A stretch of DNA of 64,000 nucleotides from the human T2T-CHM13v2.0 reference genome, Homo sapiens, in NCBI RefSeq assembly GCF_009914755.1, contig NC_060929.1. One strand, 5' to 3'. The notes under the pieces were generated by a model, which did not search any database, was not told where the DNA came from, and saw only the letters and a program-made list of their open reading frames with translations. A program made the position numbers and the translations under genes. Shown one piece after another: positions 1 through 16,020 of this stretch (positions are counted from its first letter, which is position 1; each line of letters begins with the position of its first letter).

Positions 1-4670
<4,670 letters not shown>

Positions 4671-4680
4671 CCTTTTTTTA

Positions 4681-5240
4681 AAAAGCCAAAAGATAACAAA
4701 TGGTTAAAGTGCAGAGAAAAGAGAACTCTCATACTGCATTGGTAGAAATGTAGATTGTTACAGCCATTATGGGAAATTTTTTTAAAAAAACTAAAAATAG
4801 AACTACCACATGACCAAGCATTCCTTCATTTGGTCATATACCCAACGGAAATAAAATCATCACCTTGTAATCTTGTAAATGTATCTGCACTCTCATGTTC
4901 ATTGTGGCATCATTCACAATAGCCAAGAAGACCTTAGTGGTTGTGGACAAACGGAGAAAGAGACTGTGGGGGGTGTGTTTGTGTGTGTGTGTGTGGTGTG
5001 ATATGTGTGTGTTTGTGTGTATGTGTGTGTAATGGAATATTATTCAGTCCTAAAAAACAATAAGATCTTGCCATTTGCCACAATGTGGATAAGACTGGAA
5101 GACATTATACTAAGAGAAATAAATCTGACACAGAAAGAAAAAATATTATACGATCTCACTTATATGTAGATTCTTACAAAAAAGTTAAACATACAGAGAT
5201 GGAGAACAATAGTGGTTACAGGGAGGCAAGGAGGAAATGA
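4681..5240 (+). mobile_element. Old L1M (L1MA-like) 3' end fragment with a (TG)n tract at about 4975-5030
   Basis: Diverged ORF2 C-terminal and 3'UTR motifs: agataacaaatg...agaactctc, attcacaatagccaaga, aatggaatattattcag, acagaaagaaaaat. Confidence 0.8.
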
Positions 5241-5245
5241 GATGA

Positions 5246-5305
5246 TAACCTATAGCCTAGGTGTGTGGTAGGCTATACCATCTAGGTTTGTGAAAGTACA
5301 CTCTC
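5246..5305 (+). mobile_element. Tigger3/MER7 fragment
   Basis: tatagcctaggtgtgtggtaggctataccatctaggtttgtgaaagtacactct matches the Tigger3 3' region as recalled. Confidence 0.75.
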
Positions 5306-5554
5306 TGTGGGAGCTCCGAACCAAAGTCATCCTCTGTGCAAATTGCTTGATATGCCATTACTATTTAGCTTCTTTTCCTTTCCATTTCCTTTATTATCCT
5401 ACTAGGGTCGTAGGATAGTAACACTTTTCATGGAAATACTACCTGATAAATTACTTTCAAGTGAATTTTCCTTCCATTGTTTGAGCCAACTTGAAAATAC
5501 ATTATACAAAAGAAAATATCTAAGTGTTTAATAAAAATTTTTCTTTAAAAAGAT

Positions 5555-6690
5555 TCAGCTTTATTAACCATTTAGGAAATACAAACCAAAACCTTAACGC
5601 AGTATCTATATATACATATATATATATACCAGAAAGTTAGAAATGGAAAAGATGAGACAATGCCAATTGTTGGCAAGGAAGAATGTGGAACAACTCACAT
5701 GTACTTTGAAAAACTGCTTGGCATTATCCTCTGAAATTGAATGTATGTATACATATTAGTCATTAATTCTATTCCTGTGTATACATGCCTAACTACCAAC
5801 CACCAACATTCAGTCACCAAAAGAAACACATGCAAATGTTCACCATCAAAAATATGTACTGTATAACTGTCATAGAAGCACCATTTGTAATAGCCACAAA
5901 CCAGAAAATACCCCGTTATTCATCAATAATATAATGGATACATAATTGGTAGTATATTCAAACAGAATACTATGTAACAAAAAGAATGAACAACAGCTAC
6001 ACACAGCAACATGGATAAATCTCATAAACATGATGTTGAGCAAAAAGATCAAACAAAAGAGTAAATACCGTGTGTTTCTATTTTTATAATTGGATAGACA
6101 CAGAGATGCACCACTCAGATACTCTTAAGGAAGGATATGCTGTCTTCACTGCTGAGAAAGCTGTGAGTAGGCTACTTTCAGCTGTCAAATTCTTCAGAAA
6201 GCACTTCAGTGGCAGAGAGCTGCCTCACTCATAGCCAATGATTGATGGAGAAAAGGGAATATACCTGGCCATTTGGGCCCAACATGGGATAACTCTGACC
6301 ACACGTTAATTTCAGAGCTCCTCATGGGATGAGCTGAGGCTGAAAAGTCTGCATCACAGCTCCTCTTCCCCTTCTATTGCATAAAATGTCAAAGCTAGTC
6401 TATGGCATTAGTAGTCAAGTATAGTTATCCTTGGATTGAAGGTAGAGAGGATTACATCTAGAAAGAGGCAGGGTAGTCTGTGGTGGCGGGGGCGCGGAGG
6501 AGAGCAGGGCTTCTGCGGTGCTGGTGATGTTCTATTTATGAGATCTGTTTCACTTTGTGAAATTCCATCCAGTTGTATAATTATGGTATATGCATTTTTC
6601 TATATATATTATACTTTAACAAAATGTTCACCAACAAATGTTTATAACTCCAAAATAAATGAATTAATTAAAATTTTAAATAAAAAATAC
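5555..6690 (+). mobile_element. Old L1ME/MD 3' end, interrupted by LTR16
   Basis: Degenerate L1 3' motifs (aatagccacaaaccagaaa, acatggataaatctcataaacatgatgttgagcaaaaag, ggtgctggtgatgttctattt). Confidence 0.7.
6100..6377 (+). mobile_element. LTR16-like (ERVL) LTR fragment
   Basis: agatgcaccactcagat...agccaatgattga...ggccatttgggcccaacatggga resembles LTR16. Confidence 0.65.
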
Positions 6691-7015
6691 TGAATTAGAG
6701 ATAGAAAAGTTAATCATTCACTCATTCACCAACTCACTGTGTGACTAGGGCAAATCTTTTAAACTGTCTGAGCCCACAACTCCTCAACTATGAGGCTGAA
6801 AACACAGCAAACTTATCCTTGCCTAAACATCATTTTTACATCCATTTGTTCATTTTCCAGTCTCACAACTGCTATGAGTATGGGTAATTGAGTTTTGGTA
6901 TCCTCATTTTTTCAGTGGTGGAGCAACGTCTGTAAAGGTTAGGCAATTTGCTGAAAGTCACAAAGTCAGTGAGCTGCAGAGTCAGGTCTAGAATGCAAGT
7001 TTTCTGGAGCTGGTG
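6690..7015. mobile_element. Two MIR fragments in opposite orientations
   Basis: MIR core motifs ctgtgtgactagggcaaat...tctgagcc and aaggttaggcaatttgctgaaagtcaca. Confidence 0.65.
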
Positions 7016-7362
7016 TCTTCAACATCGAAGCAAGTCAATGTGTTCAAGAGAAACACGCAGATAATATGCTAATGACAATACCATCTAAGAAGATGTAGCA
7101 CAGAGAAAGATGTTTAGAAGTTAGGAAAGAGACTGATTCTAAATAATAGGTAAGAGATAATTCAGACCGCTTGGTACAAAAGCAAAACTAAAATCACCCA
7201 ATGTAAGCAGCCCAGCGGAATAAAACAAAAGCCAATGGTTAAGAGAAAAACAGCCAAAATGCCTACACTAGTCATGGGACCTATAGTATCTACGATAGGA
7301 ATTTTATGATTCAGTGGTCTAGCCTCTTTCAAATCGTTTTAATTACAAGATATTATCCCACC

Positions 7363-7384
7363 AGAGAGAGAGAGAGAGAGAGAG
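7363..7384. repeat. (AG)n microsatellite
   Basis: Read directly from the sequence. Confidence 0.9.
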
Positions 7385-8190
7385 TAAAAAGGAGTATCTC
7401 TTAGTAAACTAAATGTCTTTCTACTGGTCTGAGAATTCAAAGCTTCCTCCAAAGATATGGCTCCACTACTCCATTTTTCTGGATTAAAGCCATTAAACTG
7501 GTGTTCAAATTTCCCTATCAAAACCACACAAACTCAAAAAAATCATACCTTCTCTTTTATTGGAAGAGAGGCCGATACTAAACATAAATTTAAGAAAGAA
7601 TAAATTATACACCAACTTCCATCTAACGTCCACCATTGCAATAAACTGACTTCTTCACTTTGACTTACAGGCATGTTTGTTTTTCTTAGGCATCTTTAAG
7701 GGACAGGTAGTTGGCTCAAATTCAACTCAGTCATGCTGCTTGCCAAAGAAGAACAGTCTCTAGTGGGTCATCTCATGTTTTGATGCATATCTTCTGTTGA
7801 ATACCTTATAAAGTTTACAGTCATCAAGTCCTGGAATAATGCCCACCCCTGGCTCCACTGTCCAGTTACCCTTCACCTCTAAAAGATCCCTGCTTTGCCA
7901 ATTAAATCAGTTAATTTGTAAGCCAATTAAATTATATCTGTCAGTTTTCTTAATTAAATTGGTTGTTTGGTATCTTGTAGGACCAACATAGAACAGGGTA
8001 AATGCAAAATCTTATGCCCATTGCTAGGAAGTAGCTGAAGAAATGAATCATTAAAATACATCTTCTTACAAAACAGTGAGATGCTGTAAAAAAAAGGATC
8101 AAATTGTAGGTACCTGATCCTTTTTCCTCAATTTCTGGTGCTTCTGACCACTCTACAAAGGGATAATATTTAGGTATAAACAATTCCTCA

Positions 8191-8499
8191 AGACTGGGCA
8201 TGGTGGCTCATGCCTGTAATCTCAGCATTTTGGGAGACCAAGGCGGGCAGATCCTTTGAGGTCAGGAGTTTGAAACCAGCGTGGCTGACATGATGAAACC
8301 CCATCTCTACTAAAAATACAAAAATTAGCCAGGCATGATGGCAGACAACTGTAATCCCAGCTACTTGGGAGGCTAAGGCAGGAGAATCACTTGAACTCAG
8401 GAGGTGAAAGGCAGAGGTTTCAGTGAGCCAAGATCTTGCCACTGCACTTCAGCCTGGGCTACAGAGCGAGACTCCATCTCAAAAATGGTAATAATAATA
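8191..8499 (+). mobile_element. AluS, full length
   Basis: Two arms with the central tactaaaaatacaaaaattag linker and a short A/(taa)n tail. Flanking repeat aa(t/g)tcctcaaga is a likely TSD. Confidence 0.95.
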
Positions 8500-9759
8500 A
8501 GTCCTCAAGAAACAATTAAATCAAAGTGACATGATCTCTTCTATAGTTTTTCCACATAAAAATATTAAACTGCCTCTAAAGTGAACCGAGAAACATGTCA
8601 ATCATAAAGCTGTAGTCACTCACCAACATTTTTAAAGGATTTATAGCAGCATGTAGTTCTCACACCCAAAAGGCACTAACATTTGTTATGAAGAACATTT
8701 TAGGATGCTCTTTGCAATAACTTTTAATGATATGCAGAGGCTAGTTGAAGTACCTGAAACTAAACATTAACTTTCATTCGAAATGTGTTTCTGTCCCATA
8801 TAATTAGTCCATTTGTACAGCAAAAAAGAGAAGGTAGAAAGCAACAAAAAGTTTCTCTGAATGAGATCCATATTAATATTTCAAATACACTATCACTTTA
8901 AGTCTGACATTTTCTTTCCGCTTTTTTCATATCATGGTCAAATTTTTAAAACCATAAGAGTTTTATTTACTCATTATTACACAGTGATAATCAAAGAAAC
9001 TAGAAAATAAAAACAAAAACGTTTTTGACCCACAGACACCACTATATTAAGATATTGTTTAATCAGAACTTTTCTCTTCTTTCCTCCCCCAACCTTTCTG
9101 CAGACTCTGCCAGCTCAACAAAACAAGTGGATAAAAAAAGCCTTTTCTGTCAAGATGTCATAATTTAGGACTCGCAGTGATTGGTGATAATATATTTCCT
9201 TGAATGTTAAAGGTGGCAGGTGACAGAGATGAAGCAAACAGTGTATTTCATACAGCTACAGAGACGTGAAGTTAGACTTTACATAATAGGGACTATAAAA
9301 AGTAATCTTGCAGGTCTGCAGTGTAAATGCTATGGTGCTTATGAAATGCACTGTAATATCCAGCAGAATAGTGACAGATGATGCAATGCACAACCCTATG
9401 CTAGGCAGCATACACTACTCCTTACTACAGTGACATAAAGGCATGTTACTAATACATTCATTAAATTAGTTTGATAAAGTATGGTCTACGACATTGTACC
9501 TGCTGGGGTGGTCTAGGAAGCATGGGGTGACACTGTTCATGGGGTGACTGAACTGTTATTGATCTAGGATACAGGTTTTCTCATTGCTGTGTACCTGTGT
9601 TTGTAGAAAAGTTAAAACCTTTTGTTCGATTCTGGGCATTATTTTCTCAAACTTTAACTCATTACTCTAAACTTCTCCTGCTGCAGAAGGAAGGAGAGCC
9701 TGCATGTTGGCCACTCCAATGCAATGCCAAGGTTTTCAAGGTTCTCTTCCCATGTTGCC

Positions 9760-10228
9760 TGCCATGGTTTTGATGTTTGTCCCTCCAAATCTCACGTTGA
9801 AATGTGGTTCCCAATGTTTGAGGTGGGGCATGGTCGGAGGTGATTTGGTCACAGGGCCGGATCCCTTATGAACAGTTTAGCACCATCCTCTTGGTTATAA
9901 GTGAGTTCTCACTCAGTTGATGCAAGATCAGGTTCTTTAAAAGAGCCTAGGACCTCCCTCTTCTCTCTCATGTCACATGGCCAGAGAAGGAGCAAGAGAG
10001 AAAAGAAGGAGGTCCTAGACTCTGGGCTGGGCTCATATGCTGGAATCCCCCTTCGCCTTCCACTGTGATTGACTGAAAGCTCCCTGAAGCCTCACCAGAA
10101 GCCTAGCAGATGCTGATGCCATGCTTACTGTACAGACTGCAGAACTGTGAGCCAATTAAACCTATTTTCTTTATAAATTACCCAGCCTTAAGTATTTCTT
10201 TATAGCAACACAAGAATAGACTAATAAA
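9760..10228 (+). mobile_element. MSTB-like MaLR solo LTR with an internal inversion
   Basis: Starts tgccatggttttgatgtttgtccctccaaatctca and ends gaatagactaataaa. 5-bp TSD ttgcc/ctgcc. Confidence 0.85.
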
Positions 10229-11270
10229 CTGCCAGAAGGAGAGATGCATGGATTGCCTCATCTCTGGCAAACTATTATTTGTGCAGATTCAGGCTCATGA
10301 GTGTCGTAGATTATGGGAATTCACCAGATATACCTTCTCCTTTATACAACCTGGCTGCATATGACATTGGCAAGTACCAGACATCAGACTTCTCTGTAGA
10401 GATGCTTTTCAGAAAAAATAAAAATAAAAACAACACAAAACAAAGACATGTGTGTGCTTGCACACAGCTATAAAAACACTATACTCTTATAGAATATTTG
10501 TAACAACCATTTCATGAAGAAAATTCTTTTATAATCAGAACTCTGAACTATGTCTAACTCACCACTAAGTTTCCATCTGTATTTTTTATCCACGAAGTGC
10601 TCATTTTCTATTGGTCTGGTCTCATGAACAGATGAGTCCTAACAATGTTGTGGTTTCAGGAACATAGAAGAAAGTGTATGCCTCACCCCTTCCAAAATTC
10701 CTCCAGCCAGCTGATTCCTGAAATGCACAATTAATAGTTAATGGCTTTCTTTAATGTTTATTCTCTACTAATATGTAAATTTCAAAACAAGTAACAATTA
10801 AACATTGTCAGCTTAAGATAAACAAGTTAATAAAAAAATCTATCCTTGAGCACAGGTGAAAAAGTAGAGCACAGAAAGGCTATATATATACACACTATGT
10901 AGGGTACACTAACTTAGGGGAGGAGAGGAAAAGTTTAAGTAGAAAGTACTTATATCATATTGGTAGAAGTAAATGTAAAGGATTGTGCATCTCATGGATT
11001 CTGAATGCAGTTTCCTCTATGATCCCAAATTCCCTTTTGCAGACTCAGTATCTTAGTTCTCTGTTTGGAATGCTGTGTGTCACAGCATCCCTGGAGATCC
11101 TGGCAGGCTTTACATGAGACTAAAAGAACTGACTCCAGGAATAGGTTTGCTGGATTGTTTTCTCTTTCAACAAGACTGAACCAAAAGCTAAAGCTCAACA
11201 GGAGAAAATGTCTATTTCTACCCAATAACACAAATGAATTGTGGGTGATACAGGAGAAACCTACAAAATA

Positions 11271-11610
11271 CAGGTCTACAATCCCTCATTCAAAATCCTC
11301 AAAGACAGAAATATTTCAGCATTCAGAATTGTTTGGGGATTCTCCAAACATAATATACTACAGATTTCAGATATAGATACCACCACCAGTAGGGTCTGGG
11401 CTGGCTGTTCATTATCAAACAGAATAATTTTTACAGCGAAACATATGGATTTCATCAAAAAATGCTTTAAAAATGAAAAAAGATGGTAAATAGCCTTATA
11501 AGGGTTCAGATCAGATTTTTCCACCAAGTAAATTTGCCATAATTGTACAGGAAAAAAAAATGCTTTTCAGGCCCTTTTTGGTTTAAGAATCAAGAATAAG
11601 GGACTGTCAT
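11271..11610 (+). mobile_element. MER46C-like TcMar-Tigger MITE
   Basis: Terminal inverted ends caggtctacaatccctcattc...gaataagggactg and an internal cagtagggtctggg. Confidence 0.7.
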
Positions 11611-12644
11611 TTTTACCATAAATGTTGGCTCATCACTTTTGGAATGGAATGATCAATAATTGCTTCTGTAGCATTTCTCCAGCACAAGAACATCCTATGT
11701 CAAAAGATCTATTGGAGGAAGTGATGTGAACGGTTGATGTGCAAGTAAGTACTGTAATGCCTCATTCAGAGTCTCCTAGCCAAGCACTCCCAAAGCCAGA
11801 GAGAATGAGGCTGGGCAGACAGCTTTTCTCCTGATCTATGATCAATATCTCAGGCAGAGAGCAGCACTGCCCCTAAGTTAAGATACCGTCATCACTCAAG
11901 TGTGTTTGAGCGAAGCTCATTGAAAAGAAATGAGGGATGGCAGCAGCTTGCTGCCTTCTGCTTCCACACTAATTGCCCCAGGATCCTGCTGCTTTTTCTC
12001 CTCGATGTAATTTTCTTCTCCTGGACTGTGCACAGGCATTGCCATCTTTTAAGTTCCTGTCCCTGGGCACAGGAACTTATGAAGAGAATTAAGAGAGTTG
12101 TCCACACTCCTGCTAGTCGAGGCTTCCATTCAGAAAAACTATTTGCATTTTATCTAATGATGGAGTTATTGTTTTTAAGCATTTTACCCATCTTCTTAAT
12201 TTCCTTCTTGATGTTTTGTCTTGGGTAATGCACCCTCACTTCACACTGAGGCTGAGCTCATGATATTCTTCTTAAAACTGGCTGCCCTCCTGTCATCTCC
12301 TTCCCACAGCCAATAACTTATGGAAAAGTTAAAAAATAAATTTTAAAAGATCTTTGAAATATTTTTGAGGCTTGGATATTATTTGTAAATGCACTTACGT
12401 AAAACAGTTTATTCTCCAAGATAATGAAGAAATAGAGTATGATTGTGTTATTAAATAATGAACTGTGATAGACCTGGATGTGTATGGCAGGGACTGCATT
12501 GCACATAACTGTATACAAAAGTTGTGATCCCTCTTCACATTGGGTGAAGAAGATATATGTAAGTGAGAAGGTAACTAAAATTCTAAGGTATCTATAGGAA
12601 CAAACACGAGTGATACAGATAATAAATGATATAAGGTTGCTTAT

Positions 12645-12999
12645 AATATAGAGGTGGATGCTTTAATGAAGTCTAAAACAACAATAGTTTAAAAAAGAAA
12701 GAATTTATTTCTCTTATGTAAGTTCCTATGGCAATCCCATTCTGCAAAGTAATCAGATGTCTAGACATCTCTTATTCTTGCTCTGGCATTCTCATGGTAG
12801 AGCATTAGAATGATGCTCTGTTTTTCTTTCATCCACATGGTCCAAAATGGTATGCCCCTTCACTAAAGCATGTGACTCAGAAGGTAAACACATCATTTTT
12901 ATTCATACCTTGCTGGTCACACCCACCTGCAAGGGGGGTTGGAAAATTCAGTCTTTCGCCTGAGTGTTTATGTGCCATCTAAAAACTGAAATTCTATTG
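12645..12999 (-). mobile_element. Old MLT1 (MLT1J-like) LTR fragment
   Basis: Motifs aatttatttctctta, tggtcacacccacctgcaagggggg and ggaaaattcagtcttt. Confidence 0.65.
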
Positions 13000-13083
13000 T
13001 GTTAAAGGAAAAACTTTAAACAAATTAAACATAGCTTATTTGGACAGAGAACAATTCTTAAATTGGGAAGCACCCAAAAAGTC

Positions 13084-14266
13084 TGTTAAATTAAATAGCC
13101 AGGAAGCCATTGGCTTGATGAGTTTGAAATGGGAGAGTTCCCTGACCCCCTCCCAGGATATGCAACAGGGGTATGGCTTGTCTGTTTGGCCACTCTGCAC
13201 TCAAACCCCTTACGGGAGGGGGAGCATGCAGATGGACAGGTGCAGGAGCCAGGGCGAGTGCCCCTGGACTCCGGCCCCATGGCAGTGTCCAGAGGTGGGA
13301 GACTGTGACTCCCAAAGCCCAAGTGGGCATGTGTTACAGTGCACTCTTTTAGCCTTGCCATCCACAGACAATTTAAGTGTTAAATAGCTCAGTGGGCCCT
13401 CTGCCTTTTTGCATGGGCAGATGGCCAGTGTGATAGCTTTCTGCATCCCAAGTTCTTGTCCAGCATCCAGGAAAAATCAGTTCACACACGGACTTGAAGA
13501 ATGAATGCAGGGATTTTATTGAGTGGTGGAGGTGGCTCTCAGTGGGAAGGAGTGGGAAGATGATCTTCCCTTGGAGTTTGGCCGCCTAGTGGCCAATCTC
13601 TCCAATCATCTGCAGCCAAACTCCCCTTGCCGTTCAGACGCTCTTTCTCTTCTCTCTGCCATGCCATTCTGACATTCTTCTGCTCTTCTGTTTATCTCCT
13701 TGTGGAGCCGGGGTTTGGGGTTTATATGGATACAGGACAGGAGGGTGTGGTGGACCAAAATGCAACTTTGGGGCAGGGAAACAGGAATGCCTCTTCTCAT
13801 TTAGGGCCGCAGGTTTCCAGACTTGAAGATGGGGCCTTTGCAGGGGTACCACTCTCTTCTACCCAGCATTTTCTTGTCTCCTATCCATATCAATTTCTTC
13901 ATAATTTGAGTTTCTACCACAACATAACTTAATATACAAACAAACTTTATTTAGGAGTATATTTTCTGATAAACAGCCAAGTTTCAGTCAAACACAAGTA
14001 GCCAAGCTTCAGCCAATCACAGGTAGATAACTGACGAGATCATGCCCAAATAAAGTAAATGTCTCATCACACCATGCCTAAATAAGATAAGTAGCCAATC
14101 AGGTGATTTATATACTTTGTTTCGGTGTTGAGTCTAAAAAACTCACTGCCCATGCCTTTGAATGGAGCTCTTTGAACCTCTTCTGGTTTTGAATGCTTCC
14201 CAATTTAAGAATTATTCTCTGTTCAAATAAGCTATGTTAAATTTGTCTAAAGTTTTTCGTTTAACA
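13084..14266 (+). mobile_element. ERV1 LTR of the LTR54/MER57 group, interrupted by a nested LTR; an inverted copy of its 3' end lies at 13000-13079
   Basis: TG...CA ends (tgttaaattaaat...tttttcgtttaaca), repeated cagccaatcac (CCAAT) units and catgcccaaataa repeats. Confidence 0.75.
13125..13892 (-). mobile_element. ERV1 solo LTR (LTR27/LTR28/LTR1/MER52 group) nested in the LTR54-like element
   Basis: Reverse complement starts tgatatggataggagacaagaaaatgctgggtagaagag. TG...CA ends and a 4-bp TSD agtt/attt. Confidence 0.85.
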
Positions 14267-14439
14267 TAATTTCAGCTTGTAGATTGCACATAAACACTCA
14301 GGTGAAAGACTGAATTTTCCAACCTCTCTTGCAGGTGGGTGTGACCAGCAAGATATGAATAAAAACGATGTGTTTACCTTCTGAGTCACATGCTTTAGTG
14401 AAGGGGCATACCACTTTGGACCATGTGGATGAAAGATTT

Positions 14440-14738
14440 ACAGGTGCAGGAGCCAGAACGAGTGCCCTGGGCTCCGGGCCCATGGCAGTGTCCAGGGGTG
14501 GGAGACTGTGACTTCTGAAGCCCAAGTGGGCTTGTGTTACAGTGCACTCTTTTAGCCTTGCTGTCCACAGATGGCTTAAGTGTTAAACAGCTCAGTGGAC
14601 CCTCTGTCTTTTTGCAAAGGCAGAGGGCCAGTGTGACAGCTTTCTGCATCCCGAGCTCTTGCCCAGCATCCAGGAAAAATCAGGTCACACTCGGACTCAA
14701 AATGATGAATTGGGGGGTTTTCCTGAGTGATGGAGGTG
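14440..14738 (-). mobile_element. Internal fragment of the same LTR27/MER52-group LTR (copy of 13236-13534)
   Basis: Colinear with 13236-13534, shares gggagactgtgact, and has no LTR termini. Confidence 0.85.
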
Positions 14739-16020
14739 ATTTTTGTAAATGGTATGAGATAAAGGTCCAGTTTTCCCAGTACCCTTTATTAAAGAGACTA
14801 CTGTCTCCAGTGTGTTTTCTTAGCACCTTTGTTGAAGATCAGTTAGCTGTTAAGTGCATGGATTTATGTCAGTGCCATCTCTTCTCTTCCATTGGTCTAT
14901 CCGTCCATTTTTTATGCCAGTACCATGCTGTCTGAATTAGCATAGTTTAAAACTCTACAAAAAAAGACAATTACTGGCCAATATTCCTGATAAACATAGA
15001 TGCAAAAACCTTCAACAAAATACTAGCAAATTAAATGCAACTACACTTTAAAAGGATTATACACCTTGATGAAGTAAGATTTATTCTTGGGCCACAAGGA
15101 TGGTTCAACATACACAAGTCAATAAATGTGACACACCACATTAAGAAAATAAAACATAAAATCATGCAATCATCTCGATATATACAGAAAATTATTTGAC
15201 AAAAGTCAACATCCTTTCATGATTAAAAATCTCAACAAATTATGTATAGAAGGAATGTACTTCAACATAATAAATATAATATTAACTGTGGGCTTGCCCA
15301 TAGGTGACAAGCCCACAGTTAATATTATACTTGATGGTAAAAAGCTGAAAGCTTTTCCTCTAAGATCAGGAACAAAACAGTGAGCCTATTCTCACCACTT
15401 GTATTCAATATAGTACCGGAAGCCCTAGTCAGAGCAATTAGGCAAGAAGAAATAAAAGGCATCCAAATCAGGAAGGAGGAAGTAAAACAGACTGCATTTG
15501 AAGACGGTATGATGTTATATATAGAAAATCCTAAAGACTCTACTTTAAAAAAAACTGTTAGAATAGATTAATTTAGTAAAGTATAAGTTCAAAAGCAACG
15601 TACAAAAATCAGTAGTGTTTCTTTATATTAACAACCAACTAGCTGAAAAAGAAATTGAGAAAACAATTCCATTTACAATAACATGAAAAAAAATAAAATA
15701 AACTACTTAGGAATAAATTTAACCAAGGAGATGAAAGATCTAAACACTGAAAACTACAAAGCATTAATGAAAGAAATTGAAGAATACACAGATAAATGGA
15801 AAGATATTCCATGTTCATGGATTAGAAAATTGTTAAAATTTCCATACTATCCAAAGTGATCTGCATATTTAATGCAATCTTATCAAAATTCCAATGGCAT
15901 TTTTCACAGAAATAGAAAAAGCAATCCTAAAATCAAGTGAAACCACAAAAAATCTCCTAATAGCCAAAGCAACCTTGCACAAAAAGAACAAAACTAAAGG
16001 CATTATACTACCTGATTCCA
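14739..16020 (-). mobile_element. 5'-inverted (twin-primed) old L1 (L1MA/PB-like) ORF2 fragment lacking its 3' end
   Basis: 14953-16020 is ORF2 in plus sense and ends at ctacctgattcc. 14739-14950 is ORF2 in minus sense and begins just downstream of that point (aaactatgctaattcagacagcatggtactggcat). Confidence 0.8.

Noticed and set aside
5393-5419. Small hairpin tatcctac...gtaggata
   Set aside because: An 8-bp stem is expected by chance in 64 kb.
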